Shown here: piece after piece, positions 1 to 13,221 of the stretch
Layout: each line of letters begins with the position of its first letter
Numbering within the stretch: the first letter of the stretch is position 1
DNA from: Eledone cirrhosa
Lineage: Eukaryota
Length of the DNA stretch: 64,000 nt
Direction of reading: 5' to 3'
NCBI GenBank assembly: GCA_964016885.1
Contig: OZ024740.1
Location: forward strand, 418,190,001-418,254,000
Translations under genes and position numbers: made by a program
The notes under the pieces: model-generated
What the model was told of the DNA's origin: nothing
Databases searched by the model: none
Seen by the model: the letters and a program-made list of their open reading frames with translations, nothing else

Positions 1-3000
1 CACAGATCAGTATTACACAGATCTCTCCCTTTAATATTTGTCACAGATCAGTATTACACAGATCTCTCCCTTTAATATTTGTCACAGATCAGTATTACAC
101 AGATCTCTCTCTTTAATATTTGTCACAGATCAGTATTACACATATCACTCCCTTTAATATTTGTCACAGATCAGTATTATACATATCACTCCCTTTAATA
201 TTTGTCACAGATCAGTATTACACATATCACTCCCTTTAATATTTGTCACAGATCAGTATTACACAGATCTCTCTCTTTAATATTTGTCACAGATCAGTAT
301 TACACAGATCACTCCCTTTAATATTTGTTACAGATCAGTATTACACAGATCTCTCCCTTTAATATTTGTCACAGATCAGTATTACACAGATCACTCCCTT
401 TAATATTTGTCACAGATCAGTATTACACAGATCACTCCCTTTAATATTTGTCACAGATCAGTATTACACATATCACTCCCTTTAATATTTGTCACAGATC
501 AGTATTACACATATCACTCCCTTTAATATTTGTCACAGATCAGTATTACACAGATCTCTCCCTTTAATATTTGTCAAAGATCAGTATTACACATATCACT
601 CCCTTTAATATTTGTCACAGATCAGTATTACACATATCACTCCCTTTAATATTTGTCACAGATCAGTATTACACATATCACTCCCTTTAATATTTGTCAC
701 AGATCAGTATTACACAGATCTCTCCCTTTAATATTTGTCACAGATCAGTATTACACATATCACTCCCTTTAATATTTGTCACAGATCAGTATTACACATA
801 TCACTCCCTTTAATATTTGTCACAGATCAGTATTACACATATCACTCCCTTTAATATTTGTCACAGATCAGTATTACACATATCTCTCTCTTTAATATTT
901 GTCACAGATCAGTATTACACATATCACTCCCTTTAATATTTGTCACAGATCAGTATTACACATATCACTCCCTTTAATATTTGTCACAGATCAGTATTAC
1001 ACATATCACTCCCTTTAATATTTGTCACAGATCAGTATTACACAGATCTCTCCCTTTAATATTTGTCACAGATCAGTATTACACAGATCTCTCCCTTTAA
1101 TATTTGTCACAGATCAGTATTACACATATCACTCCCTTTAATATTTGTCACAGATCAGTATTACACAGATCTCTCTCTTTAATATTTGTCACAGATCAGT
1201 ATTACACAGATCACTCTCTTTAATATTTGTCACAGATCAGTATTACACATATCACTCCCTTTAATATTTGTCACAGATCAGTATTACACAGATCTCTCTC
1301 TTTAATATTTGTCACAGATCAGTATTACACAGATCTCTCTCTTTAATATTTGTCACAGATCAGTATTACACAGATCTCTCCCTTTAATATTTGTCACAGA
1401 TCAGTATTACACAGATCTCTCTCTTTAATATTTGTCACAGATCAGTATTACACAGATCTCTCCCTTAATATTTGTCACAGATCAGTATTACACAGATCTC
1501 TCTCTTTAATATTTGTCACAGATCAGTATTACACAGATCTCTCCCTTTAATATTTGTCACAGATCAGTATTACACAGATCTCTCTCTTTAATATTTGTCA
1601 CAGATCAGTATTACACAGATCTCTCCCTTTAATATTTGTCACAGATCAGTATTACACAGATCTCTCTCTTTAATATTTGTCACAGATCAGTATTACACAG
1701 ATCTCTCCCTTTAATATTTGTCACAGATCAGTATTACACAGATCTCTCCCTTTAATATTTGTCACAGATCAGTATTACACAGATCTCTCTCTTTAATATT
1801 TGTCACAGATCAGTATTACACAGATCACTCCCTTTAATATTTGTCACAGATCAGTATTACACAGATCTCTCTCTTTAATATTTGTCACAGATCAGTATTA
1901 CACATATCACTCCCTTTAATATTTGTCACAGATCAGTATTACACATATCACTCCCTTTAATATTTGTCACAGATCAGTATTACACATATCACTCTCTTTA
2001 ATATTTGTCACAGATCAGTATTACACAGATCTCTCTCTTTAATATTTGTCACAGATCAGTATTACACAGATCTCTCTCTTTAATATTTGTCACAGATCAG
2101 TATTATACAGATCTCTCCCTTTAATATTTGTCACAGATCAGTATTACACATATCACTCCCTTTAATATTTGTCACAGATCAGTATTACACAGATCTCTCT
2201 CTTTAATATTTGTCACAGATCAGTATTACACAGATCACTCCCTTTAATATTTGTCACAGATCAGTATTACACAGATCTCTCTCTTTAATATTTGTCACAG
2301 ATCAGTATTACACATATCACTCCCTTTAATATTTGTCACAGATCAGTATTACACATATCACTCCCTTTAATATTTGTCACAGATCAGTATTACACATATC
2401 ACTCCCTTTAATATTTGTCACAGATCAGTATTACACAGATCTCTCTCTTTAATATTTGTCACAGATCAGTATTACACAGATCTCTCTCTTTAATATTTGT
2501 CACAGATCAGTATTACACAGATCTCTCCCTTTAATATTTGTCACAGATCAGTATTACACAGATCTCTCCCTTTAATATTTGTCACAGATCAGTATTACAC
2601 ATATCACTCCCTTTAATATTTGTCACAGATCAGTATTACACAGATCTCTCTCTTTAATATTTGTCACAGATCAGTATTACACAGATCTCTCTCTTTAATA
2701 TTTGTCACAGATCAGTATTACACAGATCTCTCTCTTTAATATTTGTCACAGATCAGTATTACACAGATCTCTCTCTTTAATATTTGTTACAGATCAGTAT
2801 TACACAGATCTCTCTCTTTAATATTTGTCACAGATCAGTATTACACATATCACTCCCTTTAATATTTGTCACAGATCAGTATTACACATATCACTCCCTT
2901 TAATATTTGTCACAGATCAGTATTACACATATCACTCCCTTTAATATTTGTCACAGATCAGTATTACACAGATCTCTCTCTTTAATATTTGTCACAGATC

Positions 3001-4170
3001 AGTATTACACAGATCTCTCTCTTTAATATTTGTCACAGATCAGTATTATACAGATCTCTCCCTTTAATATTTGTCACAGATCAGTATTACACATATCACT
3101 CCCTTTAATATTTGTCACAGATCAGTATTACACAGATCTCTCTCTTTAATATTTGTTACAGATCAGTATTACACAGATCTCTCTCTTTAATATTTGTTAC
3201 AGATCAGTATTACACAGATCTCTCCCTTTAATATTTGTCACAGATCAGTATTACACAGATCACTCCCTTTAATATTTGTTACAGATCAGTATTACACAGA
3301 TCTCTCCCTTTAATATTTGTCACAGATCAGTATTACACAGATCTCTCTCTTTAATATTTGTCACAGATCAGTATTATACAGATCTCTCCCTTTAATATTT
3401 GTCACAGATCAGTATTACACATATCACTCCCTTTAATATTTGTTACAGATCAGTATTACACAGATCTCTCTCTTTAATATTTGTTACAGATCAGTATTAC
3501 ACAGATCTCTCCCTTTAATATTTGTCACAGATCAGTATTACACAGATCTCTCTCTTTAATATTTGTCACAGATCAGTATTATACAGATCTCTCCCTTTAA
3601 TATTTGTCACAGATCAGTATTACACATATCACTCCCTTTAATATTTGTCACAGATCAGTATTACACAGATCACTCCCTTTAATATTTGTTACAGATCAGT
3701 ATTACACAGATCTCTCCCTTTAATATTTGTCACAGATCAGTATTACACAGATCACTCCCTTTAATATTTGTCACAGATCAGTATTACACATATCACTCCC
3801 TTTAATATTTGTCACAGATCAGTATTACACAGATCTCTCTCTTTAATATTTGTCACAGATCAGTATTACACATATCACTCCCTTTAATATTTGTCACAGA
3901 TCAGTATTACACATATCACTCCCTTTAATATTTGTCACAGATCAGTATTACACAGATCACTCCCTTTAATATTTGTCACAGATCAGTATTATACAGATCA
4001 CTCCCTTTAATATTTGTCACAGATCAGTATTACACAGATCACTCCCTTTAATATTTGTTACAGATCAGTATTTACACAGATCTCTCTCTTTAATATTTGT
4101 CACAGATCAGTATTTACACAGATCAGTGTATTTGTCAAAGATCAGTATTACACATATCACTCCCTTTAAA
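1..4170. repeat. 41-bp tandem minisatellite, about 100 copies, running off the window start
   Basis: Unit CACAGATCAGTATTACACA(G/T)ATC(T/A)CTC(C/T)CTTTAATATTTGT read directly. Degenerates at 4070-4170. Confidence 0.98.
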
Positions 4171-4957
4171 TTCACTAACACTTTTTTCAATATTTTACGT
4201 ATACTTAATCATAAAGGATATCTGTAGAACAAATAAAAATACAGTTTAAAACCCTAAACCCTCATTTATTTAAACTGCGCTGTTAATCCCTTTGCATGGG
4301 CAGGGGTGCAATTTCACTGTTTGCCATAGGCGCTATGTTCCCTAGTAATGCCTCTGGTGAAGCTGATAAACTATATTTCTGACTGACACTCATTTTCTAA
4401 ACTTTCCCCAACCTTTTTCTCATCTCCAGACCCAGTGGCCATCCATTTCTAACACAAATGCTAAATCAATGCAGCGTACTACATATATCTTTTAACTGCG
4501 CGATATTATTTAAATCTTGAACCATGTAATTCCTCAATATTGTTGCTTGGAATCTCTCTAGTGAATGCTGTGTTGACGATCCTTAACAGCATGCTTTCCT
4601 ATTAACCCATCTGAGACAGCTAAGTATATGGTTGGTATCGTTTTAATAGCTATCTCATTCCACTTCCTTCACACATCTAAAACTAAAACTCTCAAACTCT
4701 AATGTGGGTAACACATAGTTACATCATAGCAACAGGTGAGTGATTTTTACAGCTCCAGATGATATAAACTTAACACTACATTTCCTTCCAAATATCACCA
4801 GGAAGCAAACGATGTTTTCATCTATTAAAACGACCTGTAACATTATTTCCTTCCAAATAACTCAATCTTCTTGGTTGAGATAAGTTACTGTTAACAAGAT
4901 TATAATATTTCGGACTATTGACTCAATCTTTAGAGATATAACATTTTAAATATTTAC

Positions 4958-5027
4958 ATCTGTACTGGGTTTCGATCAGTTTCATCGTCGATCGCCATCA
5001 GGTGTTTTATTCATGGGTACACATATA
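4958..5027 (-). ncRNA. degenerate type I hammerhead-like motif
   Basis: Minus strand reads ACAC CTGATGG C GATC gacgatgaaact GATC GAAAC CCA GTA. It has A9G in the core and a poor stem I. Confidence 0.4.
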
Positions 5028-5100
5028 CAGTACTACCGAATTGAATTCTAACAAGGACTCTTTATTTCTAAGCTAAGAGTAACGAGGCTTCTATTCAATA

Positions 5101-5285
5101 ATTGTTTCTACTTTTGGCACAAGGCCAGCAATTACCCCAGTGCATTACTGGTACTTTATTTTATCGACCCTTTAAGGATGAAAGGCAAAGTTAACCTCGG
5201 CGGGATTTAAACTCAGACCATAAAGGGCCATAACTCTTTGCTGCAAAGCATGACGTCCGACGCTCTACCGATACTGCCAATACAC
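5101..5285 (-). mobile_element. tRNA-derived SINE (major family in this window)
   Basis: GGCACAAGGCCAGCAATT...GGTACTTTATTTTATCGACCC...GGATGAAAGGCAAAGTTAACCTCGGCGGGATTT shared with about 12 other copies. B-box-like GAGTTYAAATCC on the minus strand. Confidence 0.9.
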
Positions 5286-5989
5286 CAATGCCTTGTGGTT
5301 GCTCCAGTCGTTTTGTGAACTCTGCCTGGACAGCAAAACCTACTCCTCCGTTCCCTTTCCCCCCATTTGGTTTCCTTTTCCAAAAAGAGCGTATAGCCAA
5401 CAGACCCACGTCCGGTAGATGACCTTCCCCACTGAGTCAGGCTTCTTCTTAAAAAATGAACTTAATAATTCTAAAACTACAATCACATAGACTTTACTAA
5501 CATTTCAAAGTCCACCAACAGATCAAGATAACTCTGTAAGAATCACTGTTGACGATAAATTAATAGCATTTCTTGCCTGTTTTGTGCCCAACTCTAAACT
5601 TCATACACAGACAAACAACAAAGTTCGCCATCAAACTCTCTTTGTCCACTCTATGAGTCTCACCACCATATATACAAAAGCCCCCCCCCCCCCTGCATCA
5701 GCTCAACACAGCAGCCTGTTCTGGCGGTATACATTTTATTTTCCTGAAATTATGCGCTCCAAACGTTTCAATTTTATCCTCACTACAGGAATTTGTCCCA
5801 ATTCAAGAAAATATAATTGATATCCCGACTCTCTTGCTGAAACAGAGTCAGAGTGACTGATGAGCATCATTAGGACGAAGTCAGCTTTGTCAAGAGTTAT
5901 ACGTAAAAGAATTGGTTGAAATTAATTATATAATTGATATAGATTGTAACTTAATACACTTCTGAATATTTGAAATAAAACACGGCTGC

Positions 5990-6495
5990 TAATATCTGTT
6001 CGATTTCTGGCAAACATAAAATCCTTGGCATCAGGGGGATGACGTCATCACCAACAAAGAAGTCTGTCAATGAAACCCACCAACAACGTGTGTCTAACAT
6101 TTTGTACAAGTATCGACTTGGTTGGTTGGGACACGTCACACGACTACCAAGTGAGATCCGGTAATGGTACCCCCATGGAAAGAGGCGAAGAGGGCGGTCA
6201 TCCCAAGATGAACTAGCGGCAGACAATTGACAGAGACCTGAAACCCGTCAAGAAATGTTGGGAAAATGCATTGATAGATGTAACTGACCGTGGTCAGTGG
6301 AGCACTTTGGCTGCCTCATGTGTCTCAAGACTTGGTATGTATTGATAGATATAACTGACCGTGGTCATTGGAGCACTTTGGCTGCCTCATGTCTCATGAC
6401 GTGGGATGTATTGATAGATGTAACTGACCGTGGTCATTGGAACACTTTGGCTACCTCGTGTGTCTCAAGATGCCGGAGCTTCTAAGACTAACTAA
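5990..6495 (+). mobile_element. degenerate RTE-like LINE 3' fragment with an internal ~69-bp triplication
   Basis: Encodes RLGWLGHVTRLP and GKRRRGR motifs. ATTGATAGATRTAACTGACCGTGGTCA occurs three times in 6269-6470. Confidence 0.65.
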
Positions 6496-7299
6496 GTATG
6501 TTGGTTAAATAATTAAAATACTATTTGCTAATTGTATTATTTCGCGATATCTATCTTTTCTCGTGTTGAAAAGTTATATCCAAAATGATTTCTTCTCTGT
6601 TTATTATTTATAATTCATGTTTTGAATCGGAATCACTAGATAAAGTTCCCAGAATGAAATTAATCAAATATTTAACATTTTGAAATAAATTAGTTTGATA
6701 AATGTATTTATACATAGAATAAATTAGTTCAAATGAAAGAATAGTTGTCTGCTACGTATGTTTGGTAATTCAACCATTTCTCATTCTATGTTCATGCCAG
6801 AATAATTGAATTAACTGTAGAACATAAATCGAACATCTTTAATGATTTCTAACATCGATACAGGACCAGCCATAAGGGATATAGTTGATTAATTAGAGGC
6901 TATTACTTGACTGGTACGTATTTCATCAATTATACAAAGATGAATGGCAAAGACGATCTCAACGGACGGATTATTAACTCAGAAACAAAGCGGGATGTCA
7001 TTTAATATCATCTGGGCTCACTATCGCTTCTGACATCCTTCGTAAGTATTTTCGGGTGTAAGTAAACTACATAAATCTTAACGTAAATGGACGACCGGTC
7101 ACAAACACTGTTATTAGCCATCTCACCTTGCTGGATGCCACAATGTGGTCGCTAGATCTGCTATGTGTAGTAGAAAAATAAATACATACTACTAAAAAGA
7201 AAGAAAAAAACGAGTGAAAAAAGATAGAATGGTTATATTTTGAATGTCTTTTATGACAGATTTGCTCGATCAAGTCCGACTTGGTAGCTAAACAACAAG

Positions 7300-7725
7300 A
7301 TGCTGTATCTCCCCTCCCAACTCTTGCTTTAACATACCTAGGTCTTGTCGAGTTCACTTAGAATCCTCGCACAGTTGCTTTATGTAGATTTGACATGATC
7401 TACCAACATTTGCGGTACCCATGCTTCGGTTCCCAAAGGAGAATGTCGCTGATGTTCTCATCCTTTGCACTCTCCACCAATGTCCAGCGAATCTTGTTCT
7501 TTCTCTGATGACGTGTGATATTGGTGGTAAATTACCATAGAGAACTTCTTTTTAAGAGTGTTGTCCCCAGGAGATGCCCAGAGCATCTCGAAACATTTTT
7601 GTAAAGGTTCCATCAATTTTATTTGTTAGAGTCGAAGTTGTACATCCATATAACAGGACTGACTGCACAACTGCTTGAAAGAAATCACGTTTCAAATTTA
7701 ATGGAAGTTTAAATCTCCAGACTGT
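7300..7725 (-). mobile_element. RTE-clade LINE RT C-terminal fragment (disrupted)
   Basis: Minus strand gives LKRDFFQAVVQSVLLYGCTT, LYGNLPPISH and RFAGH, homologous to the copy at 15930-16567. Confidence 0.75.
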
Positions 7726-7899
7726 TGATCTTGGGTTAAAATATTGATATATTTAGTGCAGTGAGCATAGAAAGTTCAAAGAAAAGTAATTATGCGATGA
7801 AGAAAAGACATCGTTACTTCAATGGCTAATATTATTTCAATAATTTCAGTAAGTACGGAAGACAGATCTGCTTCTTCAAATTCTAGTGCTGTATCTACA

Positions 7900-8000
7900 G
7901 GCGCATGCTCAAGACAGGCCCATTCACACGGCGCATGCTCAAGGTAGACCCATTCACACGGACCATGTCAAGACAGACCCATTCACACGGACCATGCTCG
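7900..8000. repeat. ~30-bp tandem repeat, 3 copies
   Basis: CATGCTCAAGACAGACCCATTCACACGG-like unit repeated. Confidence 0.8.
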
Positions 8001-8014
8001 CCACTCTCACCCAC

Positions 8015-8118
8015 CTTTATAATAATAGATGGATGAAAGTTCAGGTTTTGTATTCAGGGATGTCACGTTCGTATTGACAGGCTCGGAGGTACATAATAGA
8101 TATTTCCATAACAGACAC

Positions 8119-8161
<43 letters not shown>

Positions 8162-8235
8162 TGTGGTGTGGTGTGTGTGTGTGTGTGTGTGTGTGAAATA
8201 TAAACAGGAAACAACACAGCCAACGATACAGTATG
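8015..8235 (-). repeat. dispersed repeat containing an internal (CA)n; second copy at 16920-17128 in opposite orientation
   Basis: Both flanks of the microsatellite align (ATAATAATAGATGGATGAAAG...AGGGATGTCAC...CAGGCTCGGAG...CACTGTGTG...GAAA...AAAC.GGAAA.CAACACAG). Confidence 0.8.
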
Positions 8236-8694
8236 ATGAAGATATACATCTTGGCTTAACTTGGTTGCTATTGATGTGGTTTAGCGCTAGGTCAATTCTA
8301 ATCAAGCAGGTTTATGATCAAAGACGTTCAAACCGCGATCATCCATCTTTCATGGACTAATTATCCAATGCGTCCGTTTTTTAGATGCTAAAATTTGATT
8401 CGAGTGAGATTTGGATGCCATTTTAAGTCGCGCACCAAAGCATTAAAAACAATTTAGTATACATCTACATTGTATTGCATGAATAACAGGGATTAGATGA
8501 AATAACAAAGGTATCATTTTTATCATCCTATCATCCGTGATTTTAAGGTACTGATTGAGTCCAAAGGTTGCCATTTTGCACGACAGCTCACGCTTTTAAT
8601 GCGTGACTTAAGGTCCACCATATATAATGCGAACATACCGAATTTATACAAACAATGCATTGGAAACTAAATGAAAAGAACGTTTGAGAGAACT

Positions 8695-8862
8695 AGTAGA
8701 GCGTTTTGTGGCATAGAGTTATAGCCCTCTAAATTCTGAGTTCAAATCCCGCCGAGGTTACATTTGCCTTTCGTCCTTACGGGGTCGATAAAATAAAGCA
8801 CCATTGATGCACTGAGGTCGATTTAATCGACTTTCTCCTCCCCCAAATTGCTGGCCTTGTGT
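8695..8862 (+). mobile_element. tRNA-derived SINE (major family)
   Basis: GAGTTCAAATCCCGCCGAGGT...GCCTTTCGTCCTTACGGGGTCGATAAAATAAAG...GCTGGCCTTGTG. Confidence 0.9.
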
Positions 8863-8934
8863 AATTATGATTACAACACAATGGGAGTATTTTTTGTGAT
8901 TTTCTCAACAATTTTTCATTAAATAACTATTTTC

Positions 8935-9260
8935 ATGCTGTGACTCCTACTCATGTGGAAACGTGGTGCATTCAGCTACCAGCCCAGGCTCTGCTGACTA
9001 CCAAGCAGAAGAGGGCAAACTGTCCAAGTATCGGCCACTCTCGGATAGGTTTGTGGTAGAGCCTGTAGCAGTGGAGACATCCCTCCTCACAGCTATCGGG
9101 GCGGAGTCCCCCCCCCCCCAGAAGGTGCGAGCCCGCGAGGTGGTGTGGCAGTTCCAGCGTCTCCCCCACCGTCCTCCAGGACAATGTATTCTCCATCCTA
9201 TCGACCGCGACCCAGAGGCGGTGGGTAAATTAGCTGTAGGTGGAGGATACACGTTCTGAC
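8935..9260 (+). mobile_element. CRE-like (restriction-like endonuclease) non-LTR retrotransposon C-terminal fragment
   Basis: SATSPGSADYQAEEGKLSKYRPLSDRFVVEPVAVETS...WQFQRL matches the AE..K..KY..L....P.A.ET.G...L.QR pattern. Paralogous to 51490-51830. Confidence 0.7.
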
Positions 9261-10155
9261 AACACTTCTACACATGTATTGAGTACCTTTTTTTAAACTG
9301 TTGTACTTAACAATGGTTCCTAGAAAATTCACTATTTTCCTTAATTTTGATTTTATTTCAGATCGTTCCCAAGAATTTACAGTAAAACAAAATTCAAATT
9401 TAACTTAATTGTCACATTAGTGTTTCAAATATAAATTTATATTTAGCGTTACATTCTAGAATGAAGAACATTTGCCATTATCCGTGGGGAGTCGTTTGGA
9501 TAAGAGTGTCAGCTGTCAGCAACACACCATTGAGATGGTCCAGATTGCTGACAGCTGCCACTGGTTTAACTTGTCACCTTCCAGTTTAAATGCCTCCATA
9601 AGGAAACATGTATTCTCGTTCTATTAGAAATTCAGTTGAAGAAGAACCATGAGTAGGTTGTAAAACTGATCAGATTTCTACTAATCTTCTTATCTTTGAA
9701 ATAAGACTTGTTTCTCAGAGTATTGTGTCTCAGCATAGTCAGATGGTTCAATACATAATGTAAGGAATTGATAAAAATGTATACTACCACTTAGCATAGC
9801 TACACAATAACATTTAACGGACAGACGCTATCTCCCAATGTCAAAATACTCTTATTCAATTCATTTATCATTAATTTAAATTCTCAACTACCTTTTCCGA
9901 CAAACAAAACTTAACGAGCCTCAGCAAGATTTTATTCACTATCCTCGTCACCAAATACGTATTTTAGTAACATTTAACTCCATTCAAAACCTCAAATCGC
10001 CCGCCTAGTTATGAGTAAACAATATATATATTTAGTAATTCGTTTGAAGTGTGTGTGTGTTCATAGGGTTTTGTTGTTGTTTTAGTCATCATGTACAAGG
10101 CCATGCTGGAATATCGACAAAATTCACACACACACACAGACACATATATATATAT

Positions 10156-10346
10156 GAAAAGGGTCAGGACCCCGACGGCATGAGCTCCGGTCGTTTCGAC
10201 AGCTAGATCGGATCTAGCTGTCGAAACGTCCGGAGCTCAGCCGTCGGGGTCCTGACCCTTTTCTTATTACCCACTCTACTACCCTAAGTATTGAGTACTC
10301 TGGTGCGTTATAGTCCACTTGGTACCTTACCACACGCCCTTTGTTT
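10156..10346 (+). mobile_element. short PLE-like 3' end (family 1) with a ~54-bp 5' fold-back
   Basis: Palindrome 10156-10263, hammerhead 3' half (GTC GAAAC GTC), motif ACTC TACTA ccc TAAGTA TT GAGT AC at 10273-10298. Homologous copies at 49337, 49961 and 53537. Confidence 0.75.
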
Positions 10347-10353
10347 ATTTATT

Positions 10354-10443
<90 letters not shown>

Positions 10444-10842
10444 AACACTGCGAAATGTTGCACCTTCCAGTGTATATATATATGTGAAGACCATGGGTAC
10501 CTTCAGATCTATCAAGTAAAACACACACTGACACATATATGTGACTGTGTGTGTGTGTCTATTTTTTTACTTGGTAGATTCGGAGGAAGGGACAGTGCCC
10601 ACGGTCTTTCACGGGGTCTCTGAGGCTGATACCATTTATGTTTTGCTTAAATTGTTACTGAGTCACTCTTTTCGGTGAGAAAAACATGAGCAAGAAGGGA
10701 GTTGGAGAGGTAGGAAAGCTGTAGGTATAGTAGTTAGTGTGAGACATTCAGTATGAGGGATGAGAGGAAGAGAGACGAGGGCATGATTAAGTGAAGTTGA
10801 CAGGATTGCAGCAATGTTCAAGGAACAGAGACCATTGTAGTA

Positions 10843-12352
10843 GTGTAGCAGGAGCAGATAGCACACGTGTGGAGCAGAGACTGGAAAATGTGCGGTGTAG
10901 CAGGAGCAGATAGCACACGTGTGGAGCAGAGACTGGAAAATGTGCGGTGTAATAGGAGCAGATAGCACACGTGTGGAGCAGAGACTGGAAAATGTGCGGT
11001 GTAATAGGAGCAGATAGCACACGTGTGGAGCAGAGACTGGAAAATGTGCGGTGTAGCAGGAGCAGATAGCACACGTGTGGAGCAGAGACTGGAAAATGTG
11101 CGGTGTAATAGGAGCAGATAGCACACGTGTGGAGCAGAGACTGGAAAATGTGCGGTGTAGCAGGAGCAGATAGCACACGTGTGGAGCAGAGACTGGAAAA
11201 TGTGCGGTGTAGCAGGAGCAGATAGCACACGTGTGGAGCAGAGACTGGAAAATGTGCGGTGTAGCAGGAGCAGATAGCACACGTGTGGAGCAGAGACTGG
11301 AAAATGTGCGGTGTAGCAGGAGCAGATAGCACACGTGTGGAGCAGAGACTGGAAAATGTGCGGTGTAATAGGAGCAGATAGCACACGTGTGGAGCAGAGA
11401 CTGGAAAATGTGCGGTGTAATAGGAGCAGATAGCACACGTGTGGAGCAGAGACTGGAAAATGTGCGGTGTAGCAGGAGCAGATAGCACACGTGTGGAGCA
11501 GAGACTGGAAAATGTGCGGTGTAGCAGGAGCAGATAGCACACGTGTGGAGCAGAGACTGGAAAATGTGCGGTGTAATAGGAGCAGATAGCACACGTGTGG
11601 AGCAGAGACTGGAAAATGTGCGGTGTAGCAGGAGCAGATAGCACACGTGTGGAGCAGAGACTGGAAAATGTGCGGTGTAGCAGGAGCAGATAGCACACGT
11701 GTGGAGCAGAGACTGGAAAATGTGCGGTGTAGCAGGAGCAGATAGCACACGTGTGGAGCAGAGACTGGAAAATGTGCGGTGTAATAGGAGCAGATAGCAC
11801 ACGTGTGGAGCAGAGACTGGAAAATGTGCGGTGTAATAGGAGCAGATAGCACACGTGTGGAGCAGAGACTGGAAAATGTGCGGTGTAGCAGGAGCAGATA
11901 GCACACGTGTGGAGCAGAGACTGGAAAATGTGCGGTGTAGCAGGAGCAGATAGCACACGTGTGGAGCAGAGACTGGAAAATGTGCGGTGTAATAGGAGCA
12001 GATAGCACACGTGTGGAGCAGAGACTGGAAAATGTGCGGTGTAGCAGGAGCAGATAGCACACGTGTGGAGCAGAGACTGGAAAATGTGCGGTGTAGCAGG
12101 AGCAGATAGCACACGTGTGGAGCAGAGACTGGAAAATGTCCGGTGTAATAGGAGCAGATAGCACACGTGTGGAGCAGAGACTGGAAAATGTGCGGTGTAG
12201 CAGGAGCAGATAGCACACGTGTGGAGCAGAGACTGGAAAATGTGCGGTGTAGCAGGAGCAGATAGCACACGTGTGGAGCAGAGACTGGAAAATGTGCGGT
12301 GTAATAGGAGCAGATAGCACACGTGTGGAGCAGAGACTGGAAAATGTGCGGG
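10843..12352. repeat. 52-bp tandem minisatellite, about 29 copies
   Basis: Unit GTGTA(GC/AT)AGGAGCAGATAGCACACGTGTGGAGCAGAGACTGGAAAATGTGCG. Phase recurs after 780 bp = 15 x 52. Confidence 0.98.
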
Positions 12353-12476
12353 TGTGACATTAAATCTGCCAGATGAGGGCCATTTAAGATCCCCAAACGT
12401 CTGTTATAGTTTGGTAAAGAGACCGAATATTACTTATTCTGTCAATAAAACAACGGACTAAGTGTTAGTACAATTA

Positions 12477-12595
12477 ATTGTTTCTACTTTAGGCACAAGG
12501 CTAGCAATTACCAGTGCATTACTGGTACTTTATTTTATCGACCCCGTAAGGATGAAAGGCAAAGTCAACCTCGGCGGGATTTGAACACAGATCGT
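12477..12595 (-). mobile_element. SINE (major family), 5'-truncated
   Basis: Same diagnostic core as other copies. Confidence 0.9.
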
Positions 12596-12614
12596 ACAAT
12601 TAATAATTACTAAT

Positions 12615-13162
12615 GTGAGTTCAAATCCCGTTCAGATCAACTTTGACTTTCTTCCTTCTGTTAAAATTAAGTACCAGTTATATCACAAGCAAGATGACTG
12701 GATAACATCCAGGGACTTGGCTGGTCTAGCTTGGGGATCCAGCCGGATATATTAGAGATGCTTGTTGGCAGGACCCACTGGAAGGTGTTTGAGGACTCTG
12801 CCCCCACGACCCTCTCGGGAATAAGTGGACACAGAAAAAGGAAAAGAAAAAAGAAAAGGAAGAAAAGGAAAAGAAAAGGAAGAAAAAGAAGAAAAGGAAG
12901 AAAAGGAAAAGAAAAGGAAGAAAAAGAACAAGAAGAAAAGGAAGAAAGAAAAAGAAAAACGAAAAAGAAAAAAAGAAAAACGAAAACGAAAACGAAGAAA
13001 AGGAAGAAAAAGAAAAACGAAAACGAAGAAAAGGAAGAAGAAAAACAAAAAGAAGAAAATGAAGAAAAAGAAGAAAGAAAATGAAGAAAAAGAAGAAAGA
13101 AAATGAAGAAAAAGAAGAGGTGATATAATTGACTCCCCCTCCCCACAAATTGTAGGTCATGT
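12615..13162 (+). mobile_element. SINE interrupted by an RTE-like 3' fragment with an expanded GAAAA tail
   Basis: SINE part GAGTTCAAATCCCG...TTAAGTACCAGT at 12615-12678; insert WLDNIQGLGWSSLGIQPDILEMLVGRTHWK at 12680-12830; purine tail at 12833-13118; SINE 3' part resumes (TAATTGACTCCCCC...CAAATTG...). Confidence 0.55.
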
Positions 13163-13221
13163 AACTTGATTATTAACCATAATTACTATTTCTGAATGTA
13201 ATGATGATAGATATATAATGG

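Noticed and set aside
1-4170. CRISPR array
   Set aside because: Units are contiguous with no unique spacers, there are no cas genes, and the context is eukaryotic.
10663-12396. 500-577 aa ORFs in all three minus frames
   Set aside because: They arise from a stop-free 52-bp unit cycling through frames. No evidence of coding function.
12667-13160. Lys/Glu-rich or Phe-rich ORFs
   Set aside because: Translations of an expanded GAAAA retroposon tail.
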